DNA of 64,000 bases, from NCBI GenBank assembly GCA_035221665.1, contig CM069169.1, positions 18,476,001-18,540,000 on the forward strand, read 5' to 3'. Below the pieces are notes generated by a model. The model searched no databases. It was not told the origin of the DNA and worked only from the letters and a program-made list of their open reading frames with translations. Origin of the DNA: Okamejei kenojei (taxonomy: Eukaryota). Positions 52,430 through 63,681 of the stretch are shown here, in pieces. Positions within the stretch are counted from its first letter, which is position 1. The number at the start of each line of letters is the position of its first letter. The position numbers and the translations under genes are program-made.

Positions 52430-52710
52430 CCTTAAATACAGGAGAGGTGCCGGGAGACTGGAGGGTGGCAAATGTTGTACCTCTTTTCAAGAAGGGCTGC
52501 AGGTAAAATGCTGGGTACGATAGGCCGGTGAATGGAAAGTACTAGAGAGTATTCTGAGGGATAGGTTATACAGGCATTTGGATGGACAAAGACTCAATTA
52601 GGGATAGTCAGCATGGTTTTGTACGTAGGAGGTTGTGTCTCACTAATCTGATTTTTTTTTTTTGAATATGTGACCAAAAAGGTTGATGAGTGCAGAGCTG
52701 TAGATGTTGT
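52430..52710 (+). mobile_element. CR1 RT fragment
   Basis: TGEVPGDWRVANVVPLFKKG..DSQHGFVRRRLCLTNL..VDVVYMD. Confidence 0.75.
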
Positions 52711-53798
52711 GTACATGGATATCAAATTCAATCAATCTCTTCTGTCTGCACATGATCTATATCCCTCCATATTCATGTGCCTGCCCACAAGCCTCTTTAA
52801 TCCTACTATTGTATCTGCCTCCACTATCACCCCTGGCAGCTCATTCCAGGCTCCCATCATTCTCTGTGCAAAACACATTTGCCCTGCATATCTCCTTTAA
52901 ACTTTGCCCAACTCTCCTTAATGTCATGTCCTCTATAGTCTTTGACATTTCCACCCTGGGAAAACTGTCTTCTCTATCTGTGTGTCCAATAATTAGCCTG
53001 GTTCATTTAGTCCAAACCTTTCCTATCCACATAGCTGTCCAGGTATCTTTTAAGTAGCATCATTCTAGTGAGATATCAGAATGTCATGACAATCAAGCAG
53101 GATTGCCATGGTTTTAGGATGTTAATGTTGTTTGATGGGTGCTGCAGTGCTTTGAGGATGTAGTAGGCTGGGCAGGTGGGAGGGGTACGGTGGATGTTCT
53201 ATGTGGATGTCTAAAGGGCATTTGGTGAGGTGCTGGATGGGGTGTGAGAACAATGGGGTCTGTTAATGGTTGACCCAGTTTCTTTGAGTTCCATCAACTG
53301 TTAGACGGAGATGAAGGGCCTTGGCCTTGGAATTCTCCACCCAGAGAACTATGGAGGTGGTCATTGGCAGATATCGGACTGACAATGCACAGGAGGACAG
53401 AGACTGGGAAATTGGTGTTGAGACCATGATGCACAGCCATGATTGTGTTGAATAGTGCAGGAAGCGAGAGGCAGATTGGCCCTTTCATCTGTTGTATGTT
53501 CTTGGCAAGGGAGTGGTGTAAAATAATAGTTGAGCTGAATAGCTGTAAAGTAGGTGATTATCTGATTTATTTAAAGATGAGAGGCAGGCAGAATGATTTG
53601 TAGCTAGTGGTGACAACAGTGATGGGGATTGTCTTTGTCAGAGTTGTAAATTTTGTTTTTAGTATGTTTTGATAAACTGGCCTGCAGTATGCAAATTATT
53701 TAAGAATAGTGTTGTAATCAATGTTTCCCCCAAGGATGCACCTTGTAGGTAACATGACTTGTATTAAACTATCTAATTTTATCTTGGACATTTCACAG

Positions 53799-54068
53799 AA
53801 AGCAGATATTCCTCCTGCAGTACTCAGTTCATCCCAGCAGCTTGAATCTATTCCTGTGGTGACAATGTCCCCCACAGTCAATGCCACAATAGATCTAAAC
53901 AATGTGAGACGTGAGGAGATGGCCTCTCCCTCCCACAGCAGCCCTGAGCCTCACATCGACCCCCACAGCAGCCCCAGCCCTGAGCCTCCAAGCTTCATTC
54001 ATTCTGTCAGTCCAGAGAGGCTGAGAGATGCAGAACCGGCAGCAACTCGAACTGCAGAACCAACAAAG
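53799..54068 (+). CDS. TJP1: TJP1 exon 20 (alpha-motif cassette exon)
   Basis: cag|KADIPP..LNNVRREE..LRDAEP..EPTK|gtacca; 270 nt, phase 0-0; KA..NVR.EE..LRD.EP..PTK pattern as in the ZO-1 alpha motif. Confidence 0.9.
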
Positions 54069-55858
54069 GTACCACTCACTTGCTGCAAACACCTTGCATG
54101 CCTACTGCACACATCTGCTTGCTCATGTTCAACCACCTGCTCTCGCTTCCAAGCTAAATACTTTGCTGAAGTTAGAGGCCAGACCAAGTGTGTGGTAAGC
54201 AAATTAACAACCTTTATGATGCAGAAGGGAAAGCGGAGATTGTAGTGCTCAAGAGATAACATTGACCTGCCTAATTCTAATGAATTTTACACAGGCACTA
54301 ATCGTATTAACATTTTAAGTATATTCTGAGTTTCCTTTCTAACAGCAGAAGTGAAGCATTACATTTTAAAAGCTAATAAAAGTTGATCCAATCGAGGGTA
54401 ACATTAGCCCTCAGTATAACAGTGTATTAAGCAGTTTGAATATGGGCTTTAACTCTGATATAGTTGGTTTGGCCTATACCTTGACTGTTCTGCTTGTGCA
54501 TCTTTCCTACAGTTTCTTACTGCTTCACTTCATTGCAAGGCTCTCTGCTGGGCTGGCCCCTGTACCGATTGTGGACTGCAAGTAGTATTCTTGTGGCATG
54601 GGTGGAGGGCATCTTGCTCTCACGGCAGGCATCAGCATTGTTTTTGGACAATTTATTTTACTTAATCCTCACAGATCTGTTTCTAAATGAATATTCGTCT
54701 GGCTGTTCACTGCGATCAAGGGGTAGCTCTGAAGTTAATGAGAGCAATGCAAGGTCAGCAATTGGTCTGCATTGTTTTCAAATGTAACCTTTCCACTTTT
54801 TTTAAACATAGAAGTTGTAGGCATTCTATGCTGTGAGGAGAAAGTCGTATTGTCCTGAAACAATTGCATTTATAATCCCGTTTTATACAGACGCATTACT
54901 TTAATTGAAAAGAACGTTATAAATCATTGCATGAATTCAACTCATTACAATTGTGCTCAAAACATCCAATCTTTCTGAGTCGCTGTTTAAAATTATTTGT
55001 TTAAAGTTGTTGATCTATGATTGAGACTGGTATTTGAAAGCTCCCATATTGAGCACATCCTAGGAGACAAAGTACTCCTGCAGCCATCAGTGCAAGGCCT
55101 CTGCATGGTGCGGAGACATCAGCATGGTTGTTCGTGTTCCCCTGAGTGGATGGCCACGATTTAGACATGAAAGTTAGTCGTGAAGGGGCCAGCTTCCTCT
55201 TTCACTCTTCAGTAATGATACATGTGATGTCAATTCCTGCATGTAACATGTTGGATTGTTGTGTAGTCCCATTGTGGCTGGGATGACACTTTCACACGGG
55301 GTTTGATGTAAACACTTCAATTATAGTCAGCTTGAAGCAATCATCAACTTTAATGTGAAGAGCAAAACAGATGGTCTGTAAAGGTAAGTGACAATTTACA
55401 CTCCTCCACAAGCAGGCCTAGCTCGTTATAATTAGTGATCAGGCAGAGCTTTGGGTAGGCCAGATATCAACTAAATGGCTACAGAGGGAGAGCTGATCAG
55501 CTGTCTTCAATCTAGTAAGTCCATGCTGCATCTTAAAACACTTCTGTGTTGCCCAATGAGTTTACCAGGCACATTTTAAAATATACATTTGTAACCAACC
55601 AATTGAAGCAAAATTCAATTAAAAAAGATTACAATTATTGGAATTAAGGAAGGATCCACAAATCCCATCATCCTGCGAACAGATGTTAGAGGTGTCTCTG
55701 GATCCACAGTTGAATGGCAGGTTTGGAGCAAAGATCTGGAATCCACATTGTTTGTCATGTGGCAGTTAGTGGGACTGATGTGTACTCCAAACCTTTTTGT
55801 GTTGTTTCTTCACATGAGTGTCTGTACACTGCTACAGAGTTTCTCTCTTGTTATGTAG

Positions 55859-56749
55859 ATGTACAAGGACTCACACAACGATGACAATCTGGGGCGTAAT
55901 TACGAGATGAAGCAGCCGATAGGCAACCACTCTGTACTGCGGTCTGAGAGAGCGAGGCCAAGTAATGAACCTCCACAGCAGCAGCACAGGGAATATGAGC
56001 GTCAGCAGCTGCACTTTGAGGAGCAACCTTACAGGCATCAATCACAAGCAAAATATGAACAGCTTCCTCCAAGTTATGGTTCTATTTCGCATTACGATGA
56101 AAACATGCCTGGTTACAATGACAAGTGGCCACATTACCATGAAAAGCACACTCCCTACCAACCTGCCCCCTACTATGAGGACCAGGATCCACAGGACTAT
56201 GAGCCAAAGCACCAGGAACATTACCCAGATCGTGCCTACCCCCCACAACACGATGACCCATCGCCACCTTCAGGCCATGAGAACAGACTGCCACGTTATG
56301 ATAAGCCACTTAAAAATTACAAGCCACCACAGCCGCAGTTCACTGATCCACTCCTGCACGGCTATGAGCCTCGGTCTCGATATGAGCGCAGTCAGCAGGT
56401 TTTCCACCCAGCAGCGTCCAGATCTCCAGAACCTCAGCAGCAGTATTTTGATCCCCAGCCCTATGACCAGGGCCCACCTCAAGGCTACAACTCCCTCCCC
56501 CGCCAGTTGGAGCTGGTCCATAACACGGATGTCTCCTTCCCCCCTCCTCCTCCCCCCCACATTAAACCTGTCGACACGCTGCATTCGGTGGGTAAAGCAC
56601 AGCTTCCCCCTCCTGTAAAGCCACAGGTGGAGGAAGATGTGGATCCAGCAATGAAACCACAGTCAGTCCTCACCAGGGTCAAACTCTTTGAAAGCAAGAC
56701 AACTACTTCAATGAAGAGCAAGGACCCAGCTGAAATAATACCAGTAAGG
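55859..56749 (+). CDS. TJP1: TJP1 exon 21 (proline-rich / actin-binding region)
   Basis: tag|MYKDSH..EEDVDPAMKPQSVLTRVKLFE..IIPVR|gtaggt; 891 nt; an alternative in-frame donor follows 56743. Confidence 0.92.
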
Positions 56750-56938
56750 GTAGGTTCATCTTTTAACTTACTTTATGCAGTAATAAGTTTTTACAATGTC
56801 TTGATATAAAGCATAATTTTAGAATTTTAATATAAAGTGAATGTTTGCTCCAATTTCTACGCTGTCTCGATTTACGCCTAATATTGGTGCCGGGCTACAG
56901 TATGAGGGGATGTGGTTAGCGTAATTGATCTCCAAGGT

Positions 56939-58006
56939 GTAGCAATGTTACAACATTTTGAGATTTTAAAAATCAAGTCATCAGATAAAGCATAAAAAGA
57001 AGTTTAATTTTACACCCATTTCACTTTCATATCTTCAGTATTAAAGTTATGGCCATTTTCATACTCGGAAATTAGCATCTTGTTCCCTATTGCTTTTCCA
57101 TTGACAAAAGTTGTGACCGAGGACAGTCGAAGCCCATAACTTTCTTAAAAATTAAGAGAACTGAAAGAAACTTTCAGTTATTATAGATTGAAGTATTCTG
57201 AAACAAATATGAAACATACTTACTTGGATGACCTGAAATTAAAGCATATAATTAGTTACCCAATTGTAGCTAATTACAAAATTCAATTACTAGATCTATC
57301 AATTTCTTAAGAAAAGATGAACATTGTTAAATAGCTTAAGTGTCCAAATAACATTCACCCAAGAATTCACAATATAACATGATTTTTAAATCTCATTGTC
57401 ATTAATTTATAGGCCAAATTTAATGTTTAATTCCCGTAAATGAATGGATTTTAAATCATCTTGCAAGTGAGATTTTCTGTAATGCGATCAATTGGAACGT
57501 TGCGTTTACGGTGAATTAAAACCCCATATCGGCAGGAAAAACACTGCCAGTTCGTATGGGGAATAAATCACCTTCTCGCACCGTAAAATTTTGATTCAAG
57601 GTATCCTAAGGAGCACTTTTTAATGAAAAAATAAACTGCGTACCTTGCCTTGTCCCCTACGCGAGGTCCGTCCCGTTGTCGGGACGGACCTCGCGTTATA
57701 GGCTCGAAGGGCTGAATGGCCTACTCCTGCACCTAATTTCTATGTTGGCGTTCACGGCGTTACAAGATGATTTTAAATTTACTACAGCAATTAAATTAGC
57801 AAGCAGTTTAAAAATCACTTCAGAGAACGGCAGTCAAAGCGATTTTTCTTCATCAACTAAATAGCCTGTTCAAGATCGATTTGAATTGGCTTCTGAAATA
57901 CCGCATTTTAAACCCGCCCCCCCCCCTCTCAAAGGCGCCAAAGTCGCGCACACGGGCAGTGACAGAACTGCAACGCCACTAAAGGTAAGTATTGTAACAT
58001 ACCTAC
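56939..58006. mobile_element. Unclassified non-autonomous TIR element
   Basis: Termini GTAGCAATGTTACAA / TTGTAACATACCTAC (13/15 inverted match); AT-rich body; no clear TSD. Confidence 0.5.
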
Positions 58007-58533
58007 TAGGCAGACATACTTCTGCTAATTCTAAAACATTCAGGTGGTTACATTTTGATTTACTGATCACTCTGTTTTTCTGAGAAAGTTTTCTGAATTT
58101 GCATTTGTAGTTGTCATATGCCTTTAAGTATGACTTTTCCACACCACAATGGTTTTGTACAAAAGTTGGTTTTGCTGGTCAGGTGAAAAAAATTGCAACC
58201 TTTTTGCAATATCCGTTGTTTTGACTCTCTTGATTTTGGTGTTGCAATGTTGAGAAGTACAGTATAAAATGGTTCACAAATGCCAGAAGAAGGAAATGTA
58301 AGTGCTCGTTTACAAAAGAATGTGCTGGAGTAACTAGGTCAGGTCAGTGAATACGGATAGGTGATGTTTCTGGGCAGGACCCTTCTTCAGACTTGAATAC
58401 CAGTTTGAAAAATCAAGGGAATATTGATGTTCAGAGCAGATTTGGGAGCTGCTGGTACAGCTATACCGGGGAAAGAGCTGCATGAAATGGTTGTCTTTCT
58501 ATTTTACTAAACTGACAATTCTACTTCTAATGT

Positions 58534-58682
58534 GTAGGAAGGAACTGTAGTGCCTTTCTAAACATTAGAAGTAGATGGACATAAAATGCTGGAGTAACTC
58601 AGCAGGACAGGCAGCATCTCTGGAGAGAAGGAATGGGTGACGTTTCGGGACGAGACCATTCTTCAGAATTGACCCGAAACGT
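58534..58682 (-). mobile_element. Penelope-derived short element
   Basis: 12-bp duplication TACTTCTAATGT at 58522-58533 and 58683-58694; hammerhead-like core on the minus strand plus a short inverted GACCCGAAACGT. Confidence 0.8.
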
Positions 58683-59186
58683 TACTTCTAATGTTTTCTA
58701 CCTAGTCGCATCTTTTGGCTGAAATTTCAAAACATACCCAATTAAGTTGACTTTTAACCAGAAAGGCTCATTATTTGGTTAGGCCCATACCCATTCTGAA
58801 AACAATTTATTCTGCTATTTAAGGTGTGTTCCCAAGAGTGGTGTCAGAGCCACTGCCTGCAAAGGAGATTTCTCACATTAGTGAAAGGAAGACCATTTTC
58901 AACTGTCTTTTTGTTTTGCTGAATCATAGTTGCTGTTGCACAATTCAATTAATTCCAGCTGTTGAGTTGGGATACGTAGGTTGCTGTTCTTTGGTAGTGG
59001 TGTTGATAACCAGCATGCCCAGCAAGAGTTAGATGCTTGAAGCCATTCTGTTGAAATATATCTTTCTCAATTTTATACATGAGACTGTGGCTTGACTTTT
59101 GGGGACAATAAATGAATTGTTACTTTGGTTTTATTGGAAAGTTGATTGTGGAGATGTTGATGACGATGTAACTTGTCTTCTTTCAG

Positions 59187-59299
59187 TCTCCTGAAGTTGC
59201 TCCTAAGCCTCTGTTACCTCCTGCTCCTGTTGCTGCTGCTGCTTCGAAGCCAATCTTTCAGTCCGCACCAGAGCAAGAAAAGCCTCCACATTTGTACAG
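59187..59299 (+). CDS. TJP1: TJP1 exon 22
   Basis: cag|SPEVAPKPLLPPAPVAAAASKPIFQSAPEQEKPPHLY+AG|gtaccg; 113 nt; compare ZO-1 PPEVASKP..LYR. Confidence 0.88.
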
Positions 59300-59963
59300 G
59301 TACCGCCGTTGTATTCAACCTTTGTTCAATGATGTTATCTGGCTGAATGGACAGGAATGATTGGATTCATTACTCTGTACCTTGGTACAGTGCTTTTGTG
59401 TATAATCCTCATATTTTTGGATTCTCTGTCCCTGCATCTGATGTTCTTGCACAATGTAAATGGTGCCCGCATGGACACTGGAGGTTCTGCAAATGCTTTG
59501 TGTGTTGAGCAAAACGTCAAAATTCAGACGCTAAAACAAGATGATGTTCCCGGTTGGGAGATCTCGGCCAAAACCACAGCTGATCACTATGACCTGCATT
59601 ACCTGTTTTGACCCGATTTTAAAATGTCAGCATTTAAATTTACATTTTAATTTCACATTTGGAGCATCCCACAGCTTCATTGGCGGCTATGGGAATGGGT
59701 CTGCTGGCTTTGGCCTCTAAATAGGCTGTAGTATGTAGGATGTGGATGAGAAAGTGGAATAACATAGAACGAGTGATCGATGGTCAGCCTGGATTCGGTG
59801 GACCGAAGGCCTTGTTTCTATACTATATCTCTAAACTAATCTAAATGTACATGCTGGTTTAGGCTGAGCATAAATGCAAATTCTTTGTTATTTTGACCCG
59901 GGATAATCTGCTGTTAATATATTCTTACTGAATCATTCAGTAATTGACGTTATTCACCTGCAG

Positions 59964-60182
59964 GAGCACGGAGACTCAAATGAAGATTCCTGAAGAAACT
60001 TTACGATCAAACAGTTATAGCGCAGACGAAGATGAGGAAGATTATCGGAAGCAATTGTCTTATTTTGGCCGCAGAAACGTTGATCTGAAGCCTGTCACAC
60101 ATCTCCCTCTCAGCAGCTTCCCAGAGCCATCTAAATCATCTGACTTTATGCATCAGCCCAACTACCCCAATTACCTGTCCAG
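59964..60182 (+). CDS. TJP1: TJP1 exon 23
   Basis: cag|(R)STETQMKIPEETLRSNSYSADEDEEDYRKQLSYFGRR..NYLS+AG|gtaagc; 219 nt. Confidence 0.93.
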
Positions 60183-60713
60183 GTAAGCACCAGCTGCACA
60201 CATTGAGGTTTAAATTATTGAAGGATGCTCTCGGGTTTCCTCACTCTGATCCTGAGATCTACAGTGACAGGAGATATAATTGGGATAGTCTGACCAGGGT
60301 AAACACAGACGTGTGCATCCTTCACTGAAGTTAAGGACTACTACCCTGTCTTCCATTGTGTAGTAGATAATAAAATACAACCTGTGGATTTTGAATGGTT
60401 GGGTTTGAAAGAATCAACAGCAAAGCAAGGAAAGATGTCAATTGTAATGCTATCAAGCATTATTTATTGTCCAAAAAGTGGGAATACAATTTATACCTGA
60501 GCTGTCATACTAAAGTTATGTAAAGTAAATGATGACTTCATTAATTGTGGAGAAACCTCACCAATCATCTAACACTGTGGTTTTATCACAGCACTGAATC
60601 TTTTTACCACCACGGTGCAGATATGAGTGAGATGAGAGTCACTCCCTTCGACATCAAGATTACATTAGATGCCGTGTGCATCAAGGAACCCTGTTAAAAG
60701 TGAAAGTATTTAG

Positions 60714-60770
60714 TATTATAGTGAAATTGGAGTCCTACCTTGCAATTAGAAAAAATCCCTATGTTTGTTG
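60714..60770 (+). CDS. TJP1: Candidate TJP1 alternative micro-exon (19 aa)
   Basis: tttag|T IIVKLESYLAIRKNPYVC TG|gtcagc; 57 nt, phase 2-2, stop-free, fits between exons 23 and 24. Confidence 0.55.
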
Positions 60771-61290
60771 GTCAGCCGTCTTGACCCATTTGTTAGCATC
60801 TTGCAGAAACTCTTCAAAACCCAATCATTTTTGCAAATTCATCAATGACTTCTTCCGTGTAAGGTCCGGTGTGAGGATGTTTGCCGATGAATGCACAATG
60901 TTCAATTCTCTTCTCAACTCTCCGGTCAGTCCTTCAGGCTTAAACGTTCCAGGAAAAGAGTGGAGGTAGCTACTCTGAACATTCAGTGGCGTTCCTGATT
61001 ATCAACGAGCTGAGATGTAGCGGGCAGATTCTCGACTGGACTTAATGTGCTGAGATCTCGTGTATCATGGAGCCGATCTCATGACGTTCTAGGATCATGC
61101 TTTGTGCTGGGACGTAAAGTGTTTCACATGTCTCAGTGAGTGCAGTTTGTGTAGGGCCATGACCATTTCTGTTGTACTCATGCCAGAGTCCAATCTCATA
61201 GTGGATGAACTGCAGTAGGCTACATTGAGGCATGTTGTTGATATTTGTTTGATGTCTGGCATGTTCTAAGAGCTGTCTTGTTATTCCCAG

Positions 61291-61433
61291 GAACACAACG
61301 GCAGACTTTGACCACGTGATCAAGCCCATCATCACTGAGAAGAGATATGATTCTGGGTCCCAGCTGCCTGGCTTTCAGTCCCGTTATGGACCGCCACTGC
61401 AACCTGTGCACCCCAAGGTGTCTCCATCTGAAG
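61291..61433 (+). CDS. TJP1: TJP1 exon 24
   Basis: cag|(R)NTTADFDHVIKPIITEKRYDSGSQLPG..HPKVSPSE+G|gtaggt; 143 nt; EKRY conserved; phases fit both neighbours. Confidence 0.85.
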
Positions 61434-62965
61434 GTAGGTTTGTGGCCTCCACTATGTGTTGGGTCTGTACCTAAAGGTACCTAAATAACTGCTGCCTTTT
61501 TACTGACTGCCTTTGGAACAATGTGTATCCACAGAATTAATTAACTTAACAGTTGTAATTACAAATCCACCCTCAAAGTTGGTTTTATTGTTTCAATAAA
61601 AGATATGTTACCATACTTGGGGACGAGCAAACTAACTGGCCCCTTTGTATCCCAACCATGTTACAGCCAGTGAACTGAGGTTTCCAGGCCCCTTTACCTG
61701 TGAGCACCTGCTGCGTGCAAATCACAGCAGTGAGAATGCTTCAGAGATGTTGGCTTAGCGGTGTAAAGACGCGCGCACCACTGAGGTTGTGGGAAATACT
61801 GCATAAATACACATTTTTATTCTGTAGCATGGATCCAGGGACATATATAATGAGGTTCCTGACTGGTTAATCTATTTTGATCTTGATGTGGGAGCAAGTA
61901 TTGGTCTGACACCAGGAGAAATGATGCTGGAACCTCTACATCAAGCTGGGATGGCTTTTGTTCAATGTTTTTGAAACACAGAAAATAAGTGTAGGCGTAG
62001 GCCATTCGGCCCTTTGAGCCAGCACCGCCATTCTGATTATCCAAAATCAGTATCCCGTTCCTGCTTTTTCCCCATATCACTTGATAATATTAGCCCTAAG
62101 AGCTAAATATAGCTCTTGCATTGAGTAACACATCTCTTGAATATGGTGAGATATATTTTGTGAAAGGGCAGCACTTCCAGCTGTAGGTGCGATGAGCACC
62201 AATGCGTATTGATTGATTTACTCTCTTCTGATGGCATCCATTGCCATTTTCATAAGATGGTCAAACTCTGTACGATTTTACTTTAGGTGTAAACGTGGGT
62301 GTGTAGATGGGGCGTCTTGGTCGACATGGCCAAGTTGGGCTGAAGGGCCACTTTCCATGCTGTACATCTCTATGACTGTGAACATCCTAAAATCCAGATA
62401 AACTGCTGGAAGCTGCTTTATGGATTCTGCTGTCATGACACACGCTGACATGGTCACACCTCTTCTTCCTCTCGCAAGTTGCTTACAGTGCTTCTGTATA
62501 CCGAAGAAAACTCTCTCTTTCCGTCTACCTCCCAATGCATTCCCTGGCCTTTTCCTTTCAGTTTAAACCTTTGCAAGAGATACAAACAAATTTAAATTCG
62601 GTATCTTGGGATTTTCTCTAAAAATGCACGAGCCACTGCCGTAAGGCTCACTGGCTTGTAATTGGTTTACCCTGCTGCTCTTAAATAAAGGTATAACATT
62701 AGCTCTCCTCTAGTCTTCTGACAATTCCACTGTGGATACTGAAGATGCAAACATCCGTGTCATGGCCCCAACAATCTCCTTTTTGCCCCTGTAGCAACCT
62801 GGAGCAGATTTCATCCCGGCCTGTGGATTTATCAACCCTGTGTCCCATTGCATCCAACCTTCCACCTTCATACTGACCTGCTCACGTTATCCACGGATGT
62901 TTACATGAATTTACTATTCTTGATAACAATAATACTAGTTAGTTAGTTACTTTACCAGTTAATTA

Positions 62966-63065
62966 TATTCACCATAGCGAAGGATATAAATAATACTAGT
63001 TAGTTGGGTAGTTAGTTTACCAACTAACTAACTAGTATTATTGATATCCTTTGCTATGGTGAATA
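62966..63065. repeat. 40-bp inverted repeat (2 mismatches, 20-bp spacer)
   Basis: 62966-63005 is the reverse complement of 63026-63065. Confidence 0.9.
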
Positions 63066-63681
63066 CTGATCCATTGTGTGCCTGGCTCCACACACCAATC
63101 ACCCCCTCGTCCCTAAGGGGCGACACTCATCCCCCACTTAAACCTGACATTCTTGCAATCTCAGGATAAGCAAGAATTTTACATTGCTCCCTTTTATTAT
63201 TGCTATCTATCAAGCTCCCTCCAAATGTCTTTATATTCTCTTTGATACTCTATTTGAGACTCCCTCAATCCCATTTACCTCCACCTGCTATATGTTTCAC
63301 TCACTCACCGAGCGACTGCTTGTACTTTATCCTTGTAATAAAATGTTTGAATAAAAGCAAAGTATATCTTATGTTGGTTGTAAATTGTGTGGCTGGAATA
63401 TGAGTATGGAAAATGAGATTGGCTCGTGACTTTGCTAAAAGTCGCCTCATTCACTCAGTACGACATGGGGGGAATCTTGTGTGTTGGTGAAACCTCTTGA
63501 TCGGGATGGGCTGGTTTGCTACACATGAAGGAGGAGCAGGCATTTCAGTAAGCTGCTTACGACGCTGTTCTGTAGCCAGCAGAGAGGGTTAGTATAAGCA
63601 AGATGGCCAAATAGTCTCCTGTGCATGATCACTTTGATCCTTCATGAGCTGCGGTTAACTCTTATTTGCTCTTCTTTGCAG

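Noticed and set aside
55965-56721. Overlapping and antisense ORFs over exon 21
   Set aside because: Shadows of the Pro/Gln/Tyr-rich TJP1 frame; no recognisable motifs
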